Positions 5,806-10,492 of a DNA stretch of 10,492 bases are shown piece by piece. A model generated the notes under the pieces. It was not told the origin of the DNA and made no database searches. It saw only the letters and a list, made by a program, of their open reading frames with translations. Both the position numbers and the translations under genes were made by a program. Location: NCBI GenBank assembly GCA_043804695.1, contig JAZDIV010000008.1:1-10492 (forward strand). The letters are read 5' to 3'. Origin of the DNA: PVC group bacterium. Lineage in GTDB: Bacteria; Auribacterota; Erginobacteria; Erginobacterales; Erginobacteraceae. Each line of letters begins with the position of its first letter. Position 1 is the stretch's first letter.

Positions 5806-7303
5806 TAATATGAGAATCGCCTTCGTCTTCAATCCGTTTAAATACAAGCTCCACGAAGAGAACCTGAGGATCGTCCAGAAATACTTCGGTCTTTTCCCTC
5901 CCCTCAGCCTGGCCTGGGCCGCCGCCATTGCGGAAAAAGCCGGCCACACCGCCCGGATCATCGACGCCCGGACCCTGCGCCTGAGCCAGGAAGAAACCCT
6001 GGACCGGCTCCGGGATTTTCAGCCCGACCTTCTCGGATTCATGATGACGACCTACATGTTCCGCGAGACACTGGAGTGGATACGCTTTTTAAAACAACAC
6101 TTGAAAATACCGGTCGTCATCGGCGGTTACAACCTGAGGGTTTATCCCCGCCAGTCCCTCGCGCCCCCGGAGATCGACTTCGGCGTGGTCGAGCAGGCCT
6201 ACCACACGCTGCCCGCTCTCCTGAAAGAACTGGAAGGCGGCCGCCGGTTCGAAGACGTTCCCGGGCTGGTTTATAAAAAGGGCGCCGATGTCATCGTCAC
6301 TCCTCATCCCCAGGAGATCGTTTTCGATGATTTCCCGAACCCGGCCCGGCACCTCCTCCCCAACCACCTCTATGCCGAGTTCCCCACCGAGCGTAAAAAT
6401 TTCACGGTCATGGTGACCAGCCTCGGTTGCCCCATGCACTGCACGTTCTGCGAGGCCGGGCAAACCGCCTACAACCCCCGCTCCCCCCTGACCGTGGTCA
6501 ACGAGATGCAGGAGTGCCATGACCGGTTCGGCGTCCGGGAAATCGACATCTTCGACTACGAATTCCCCATGATCAGAAAAAGGACGCTCAGCATCTGCCG
6601 GGAGCTCCGGGAAAGAAACCTCGACCTGACCTGGGCCTGCCGCTCCCGGGTGGATACCGTCGACGCGGAGCTCCTGGAGGAGATGTACCGAGCGGGGTGC
6701 CGGCGCATCTACTACGGGATCGAGTCCGGCTCCCAGGAGACGTTGGACCGGATGGAGAAGGGCATCACCCTCAGGCAGGTCAGGGAAACGGTCGCCGTCA
6801 CCAAGGAGGTGGGGATCCGGCCGCTCGGTTTTTTTCTGGTCGGTGTCCCCGGCGAGACCAGGGAGTCGGTCAGGAAAACGGTCCGGTTCGCGAAAAAGCT
6901 CGATCTCGACTACGTTCAGTTCTCGAAGCTGACCGCCAAGCCGCTGACCGGGATGTGGCGGCAGCTGGTAAAGGATACCGGCGACGATTACTGGGAACAG
7001 TACATCCTCGGGAAAACCGATGAGCGTGTCCTCCCCCGGCCCTGGACGAAGCTGACCAACGAGGAGGTCGACCGGCTGACCCGCTGGGCGTACGTCTCCT
7101 ACCACTCCCGACCCGGCTTCCTCTTCCGGATGGTCCGGCAGGTCCGTTCCTTCGACGAGTTCAGGCGGAAGTTTCTCGCCTTTCTCGATATGGCCTTCAA
7201 ACAGGAAAACGTTTCCCGGCCCGATCATAAATTCCTGGCCTACGACGAAAACGCCCCCGGCTTCACCTCCCGCTACCAGCGTTCCCCGCGGTTACCGCAT
7301 TAA
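5801..7303 (+). CDS. Cobalamin (B12)-binding-domain radical SAM protein (BchE / class B methyltransferase-like)
   Basis: N-terminal B12-binding-type segment (FPPLSLAWAAA...PDLLGF...VVIGG), CxxxCxxC motif SLGCPMHCTFC, YGIESGSQ and FLVGVPGET. Start is ATG 5801 (GGAGG 5 nt upstream) or ATG 5810 (MRIAFV). Confidence 0.93.
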   Translation: MYNMRIAFVFNPFKYKLHEENLRIVQKYFGLFPPLSLAWAAAIAEKAGHTARIIDARTLRLSQEETLDRLRDFQPDLLGFMMTTYMFRETLEWIRFLKQHLKIPVVIGGYNLRVYPRQSLAPPEIDFGVVEQAYHTLPALLKELEGGRRFEDVPGLVYKKGADVIVTPHPQEIVFDDFPNPARHLLPNHLYAEFPTERKNFTVMVTSLGCPMHCTFCEAGQTAYNPRSPLTVVNEMQECHDRFGVREIDIFDYEFPMIRKRTLSICRELRERNLDLTWACRSRVDTVDAELLEEMYRAGCRRIYYGIESGSQETLDRMEKGITLRQVRETVAVTKEVGIRPLGFFLVGVPGETRESVRKTVRFAKKLDLDYVQFSKLTAKPLTGMWRQLVKDTGDDYWEQYILGKTDERVLPRPWTKLTNEEVDRLTRWAYVSYHSRPGFLFRMVRQVRSFDEFRRKFLAFLDMAFKQENVSRPDHKFLAYDENAPGFTSRYQRSPRLPH

Positions 7304-7329
7304 AATATCATAGCCATGAAAATACCAAT

Positions 7330-7463
7330 CCACGGAGAAACGGACCGGGTAGGAAAGAATGGAGTGATGGAGTAATGGAATACTGGATGACCGGAAGACA
7401 AGCCTTCCATTACTCCACCACCCCAGTACTCCAATACTCCGCAGTTCTTTATGATATCCGTAG
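7330..7463. repeat. Composite inverted element, copy 2 (same architecture as 2481-2637)
   Basis: CCACGGAGA at 7330-7338. TGGAGTGA/TGGAGTAA/TGGAATAC/TGGA at 7360-7387. TTACTCCA/CCACCCCA/GTACTCCA/ATACTCC at 7410-7440. TATCCGTAG at 7455-7463 (7/9 match to TCTCCGTGG). Confidence 0.85.
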
Positions 7464-7500
7464 TTAAACCATTGCCACGATCTATTGGAGAGATAGCCTC

Positions 7501-8496
7501 CTGAAGAAAAACCTTCTCTGGATAGTCAGCCTGGTGGTCACCGGGGGGCTGCTGCTCCTGATCTTCCGGAAGTTCGACCCCGGACGGGTCATCTCCGCCG
7601 TTGAAGACGCCCGGCCGTTCCCGCTCCTCCTGGCCCTGGCGGTCTCTTTCTTCACCAACTGCTGGCTGGCCGCGGTCAAGTGGCAAAAGATCCTGTCCCC
7701 CCTGGGGCTGACCCTTTCCTTTCGGGAGTCCTTCCTGATCAAGATGGGGAGCGGCCCTTTGAAGAGCCTTCTTCCTTTTCGTACCGGCGAGGCTTCCCGG
7801 GTCATCTACCTGAAGCGGTGCCACGGTTTTTCCGTCTCGCGGGGGACAGCATCAATCCTGATCGAACTCTTCCTGAACATCCTCATCTTTCTCCTTTTCA
7901 TCGTCGGCGGAGGGGTGGTCTGCCCCGGCGCGCCCCCCGGGGTGGTCACGGTGGTCGCTCTTATCCTGGCGGGGGTGATGTTGACCTTCCTGCTCGCCGC
8001 CCGATCTGCCCCTCGAAGATGGGTTCGGCGGTTTCTCTCCCGGATACCCAATCCCCGGCTTCGAGGCGGACTGGAGACATTCTTCACCCTCCACCGGTTC
8101 TTCTCCCGGCGGCAGATCGGAGTGTTCCTCTTCTATTCGCTGGTGATTCAAGGAGGGAAACTGATCACCTTCTTCCTGATCGGGAGCGCCTTCCGGATCG
8201 CCTTCTCCCCCGTTGTTTACCTGGTCATTCTCCCGTTCTCGATCCTCATCTCCACCATCCCGGTCACCATCCTGGGAATCGGCCTGCGCGAAGGAAGCCT
8301 GATCGAAATGGTTCCGGCATATACCGGCCTTTCCGCCGGGTCCGTCCTGGGGCCGGCCCTGGTCTTTTCCCTGGTGGAGTATCTCTTCCCGGCGGTTCTG
8401 GGACTTTTCTGGACCGGGAAATTCACCAGAACATTATTCGTGGGGAAGGGAGAAACGGACACAAAACAAGATGGGATATCGGCAACTGACCAATAA
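7501..8496 (+). CDS. Lysylphosphatidylglycerol-synthase TM / flippase-like membrane protein (UPF0104 family)
   Basis: Multi-TM protein with KWQKIL, LPFRTGEASRVIYL and IPVTILGIGLREG, matching the family patterns RW..LL, P.R.GE..R and P.T.GG.G.RE. The frame is open upstream of GTG 7534; a CTG at 7501 gives the typical N-terminus (M)KKNLLWIVSL. Confidence 0.88.
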   Translation: MKKNLLWIVSLVVTGGLLLLIFRKFDPGRVISAVEDARPFPLLLALAVSFFTNCWLAAVKWQKILSPLGLTLSFRESFLIKMGSGPLKSLLPFRTGEASRVIYLKRCHGFSVSRGTASILIELFLNILIFLLFIVGGGVVCPGAPPGVVTVVALILAGVMLTFLLAARSAPRRWVRRFLSRIPNPRLRGGLETFFTLHRFFSRRQIGVFLFYSLVIQGGKLITFFLIGSAFRIAFSPVVYLVILPFSILISTIPVTILGIGLREGSLIEMVPAYTGLSAGSVLGPALVFSLVEYLFPAVLGLFWTGKFTRTLFVGKGETDTKQDGISATDQ

Positions 8497-8520
8497 TATT
8501 TTTCCGCAGGAAAAATATTA
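8494..8520. terminator. Palindrome spanning the convergent stop codons; possible bidirectional terminator or operator-like motif
   Basis: TAATATTTTTCC-GCA-GGAAAAATATTA, perfect 12-bp arms. AT-rich stem with no clear U-tract. Confidence 0.45.
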
Positions 8521-9792
8521 ATACCAGTAGCGGCGGTAGCCGGCCGCTTCCGCGGCGGTGGCGGTATCGAAATATTCCCGGTCTTCCGGCGGAATCCGCC
8601 TGGAGTAGGCGGACCGGGGAGGATAATAGATCAGGGTATGCCGATTGGCGGCTACCTTGCCGATCATTTCTTTCGGGATATCGTATTCCGGGTAGACGGC
8701 CTTTCCCGGGAACTCCACCCGGTGCTCCCGGCCGTTGCTCCGGTAAAGGATCGTCCCGTCGCGGTCGGTCCGATAAATTGTAATCCTGCGCATCTGCAGG
8801 CGCCGGAGCACCTGGTCGGTCGGATGCCCGTAGCTGTTGTTCTCTCCTACCGGGATCACCGCCTCCCGGGGAGCGACCCGGGACAGGAAAGAAGACCCGG
8901 TCGAGGTCCGCGAACCGTGATGTCCGATTTTCAGCACCCCGCTCTTCAGGTTGCACCCCCGGCTTAGCATCTCCATTTCGGCCTCCTCCTCGGCGTCCCC
9001 GGTGAAGAGAAAGCTCTCATCCCCGTACACCAGCTTGACGACGATCGAGCAGTTGTTCGGGGATTCAAGAAGGCGGTACGACGGGTGCATGATCAGAAGC
9101 TGCACGTCACCGAAGGAGAGCCTGTCCCCGGCCCGGGCCAGCTTGAAGAGGATATCGTCATGGCTTTTGACCGTCTGCAGGTACCGTTCGTAATGCTCGG
9201 ATGTGTCCTCCTTGCCTGAGTCAAGGAGAGTGGTGATCGGGAAAGTCTCCAGCACCTTGAACAGGCCTCCGTAGTGATCGCCGTGAGGATGGGAGACGAC
9301 CAGGAGATCGATCTTCTTCACCCCGGCGCGCCGGAGGTAATCGATCAGGAAGGAATAGACCCAGATCCGCCCCCCGTCGATGAGAATCGTCTCCCCCGAA
9401 GGACACCGGATCAATGTGCAGTCCCCCTGCCCCACGTCGATGAAGTGGATCTCGAGAGGATTTCTCCAGGACTCCTCCTCGGCCCGGGCGGTCGCGGCGG
9501 CGGCGATCCGGAGGCGGCAGCTCTCCAGCCGGCTTTCTATCGACTCCGCCGACCACCCGGGTGACTGCTCCCGGATGGCCGTGAAATAGCCGGCCGCTCT
9601 CCGGTATCCGGCCGCGGCCTCTGCGAACTCTCCACGATTGAAGGCCTGCTCGGCCTTCTGGAAAAGAAGGTACCCTTCCCGGTAGAGATCACCGGGGGGA
9701 ACCGGGGTGGGAGCGGCGTGAGACAGGACCGTGAAGAGAAGTAAAACTGCGGCCAGACCAACAACCAGATTTATCAGTCGGGGTCGGACCAT
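8518..9792 (-). CDS. Secreted or membrane-anchored ComEC/Rec2-type metallo-beta-lactamase-fold hydrolase (probable nuclease), with an N-terminal helical domain and a C-terminal Ada-metal-binding-like domain
   Basis: Signal-like N-terminus ending SHA-AP. Motifs HFIDVGQGD, LIDGG, SHPHGDHYGG (HxHxDH), NNCSIV, FTGDAE, KIGHHGS, YGHP and YRTDRDG. The ComEC membrane (Competence) domain is absent. Confidence 0.92.
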   Translation of the reverse strand: MVRPRLINLVVGLAAVLLLFTVLSHAAPTPVPPGDLYREGYLLFQKAEQAFNRGEFAEAAAGYRRAAGYFTAIREQSPGWSAESIESRLESCRLRIAAAATARAEEESWRNPLEIHFIDVGQGDCTLIRCPSGETILIDGGRIWVYSFLIDYLRRAGVKKIDLLVVSHPHGDHYGGLFKVLETFPITTLLDSGKEDTSEHYERYLQTVKSHDDILFKLARAGDRLSFGDVQLLIMHPSYRLLESPNNCSIVVKLVYGDESFLFTGDAEEEAEMEMLSRGCNLKSGVLKIGHHGSRTSTGSSFLSRVAPREAVIPVGENNSYGHPTDQVLRRLQMRRITIYRTDRDGTILYRSNGREHRVEFPGKAVYPEYDIPKEMIGKVAANRHTLIYYPPRSAYSRRIPPEDREYFDTATAAEAAGYRRYWY

Positions 9793-9851
9793 AGTAACTC
9801 ATTGATTCTCAATGAATAAAATAATTATTGGGCCCTATATAGACCCTTAGA

Positions 9852-10492
9852 CTTACATTCCGCACTTCCGGGAGGCGGTTTTTGGAGTATTTTTACACCG
9901 ATTAATTCAAATTTTCCAGAACTCTTTTTCGCGAATATTCACAAGCTTTAATACCCGCCGGTGCGTACGGTTCAACTGATCTCGACACTCCTCTGCCGGA
10001 CAATTGTCCTGGGTGATCTTGTACGTACTAAGCCCGTCAAACGTCTTCAGAATTTGAGAAGTTGTCGGATGCGGCGCATCACGCTCTTCCGGATAAAGCT
10101 TCAGCGGTTCCAGTTTCCCTTCCTCAATCTGCTGGCGCACCAACCGTTCAATTATCGCCTGGACCATCAAAGACAGGAAAAACACAAACATATTCGCCTC
10201 CACCCGATCGATGCGTTTGAACAACAAAGGTGCTGCTTGATGAACGCTCTTGAACTGATTGAAGCGTTTTTCAAGCCGGGGTTGGTACTTGTAAATTTTT
10301 AACACCTCTTTCGGGTGGGTCTTGGGGTCGGTAGATACCAGGGGGAATATTCCGTCGGTTTGGGCCTCTTGCCGCAAGGCATCCTTATCGTTTTCCCAAT
10401 CCAGGCTGTAATAGATTCGGTTGGTGATCCGGTATTGAAAAGATTTTCCGGAATGTCCCCGCCGCAGGGCCTGCTTGCGTTCCATGTGCTTT
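9852..10492 (-). mobile_element. Downstream end of an IS1634-family-like insertion sequence (extends beyond the window)
   Basis: Transposase C-terminus, a candidate terminal IR CTTACATTCCGCAC at about 9852-9865, and visibly lower GC than neighbouring genes. The boundary is inferred because the other end is not visible. Confidence 0.75.
9907..10492 (-). CDS. DDE transposase, IS1634 family (IS4 superfamily), C-terminal part only
   Basis: DGIFPLVST, YKYQPRLEKRFNQFKS (Y..Q..E..F...K catalytic-Glu helix), PLLFKRIDRVEA and PTTSQIL. The frame stays open to the window edge, so ATG 10485 is probably internal. Confidence 0.88.
   Translation of the reverse strand, partial: KHMERKQALRRGHSGKSFQYRITNRIYYSLDWENDKDALRQEAQTDGIFPLVSTDPKTHPKEVLKIYKYQPRLEKRFNQFKSVHQAAPLLFKRIDRVEANMFVFFLSLMVQAIIERLVRQQIEEGKLEPLKLYPEERDAPHPTTSQILKTFDGLSTYKITQDNCPAEECRDQLNRTHRRVLKLVNIREKEFWKI

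Noticed and set aside
6089..7228. 379-aa - strand ORF, and similar long antisense or alternate-frame ORFs at 232..1023, 1833..2342 and 7680..8489
   Set aside because: They overlap well-supported genes and are expected from GC-rich codon bias. No family motifs.
5801..7303. Radical SAM as AmrS completing an AmmeMemoRadiSam system
   Set aside because: It has a B12-binding N-terminal domain and BchE-like architecture rather than the PFL-activase-like AmrS pattern, and it is divergent from amrB and separated from it by two genes.
8518..9792. Calling the gene comEC or a beta-lactamase
   Set aside because: It has no multi-TM Competence domain. The motifs fit the ComEC/Rec2 nuclease-type MBL subgroup rather than class B beta-lactamases.

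Overview
GC-rich bacterial chromosomal region of housekeeping and accessory genes. On the + strand: a trimeric-type purine nucleoside phosphorylase, an unusual DEDDh (DnaQ-like) exonuclease embedded in what looks like a decayed RecJ scaffold, and a DUF3006-like small protein. On the - strand: an AmmeMemoRadiSam protein B (MEMO1 family), a WG-repeat protein and a small single-TM protein. Divergently (+): a B12-binding radical SAM enzyme and an LPG-synthase-TM/flippase-like membrane protein. These converge on a secreted ComEC/Rec2-type metallo-beta-lactamase-fold hydrolase (-), upstream of which is the end of an IS1634-like element cut by the window edge. Nearly every intergenic gap holds a short structured DNA element: REP-like hairpin pairs, a composite inverted octamer array present twice, several 7-bp tandem repeat families, and a recurring ATTTTTCC-n-GGAAAAAT palindrome. 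No CRISPR array, tRNA or rRNA was recognised. Family assignments come from motif recognition by eye, not database searches.
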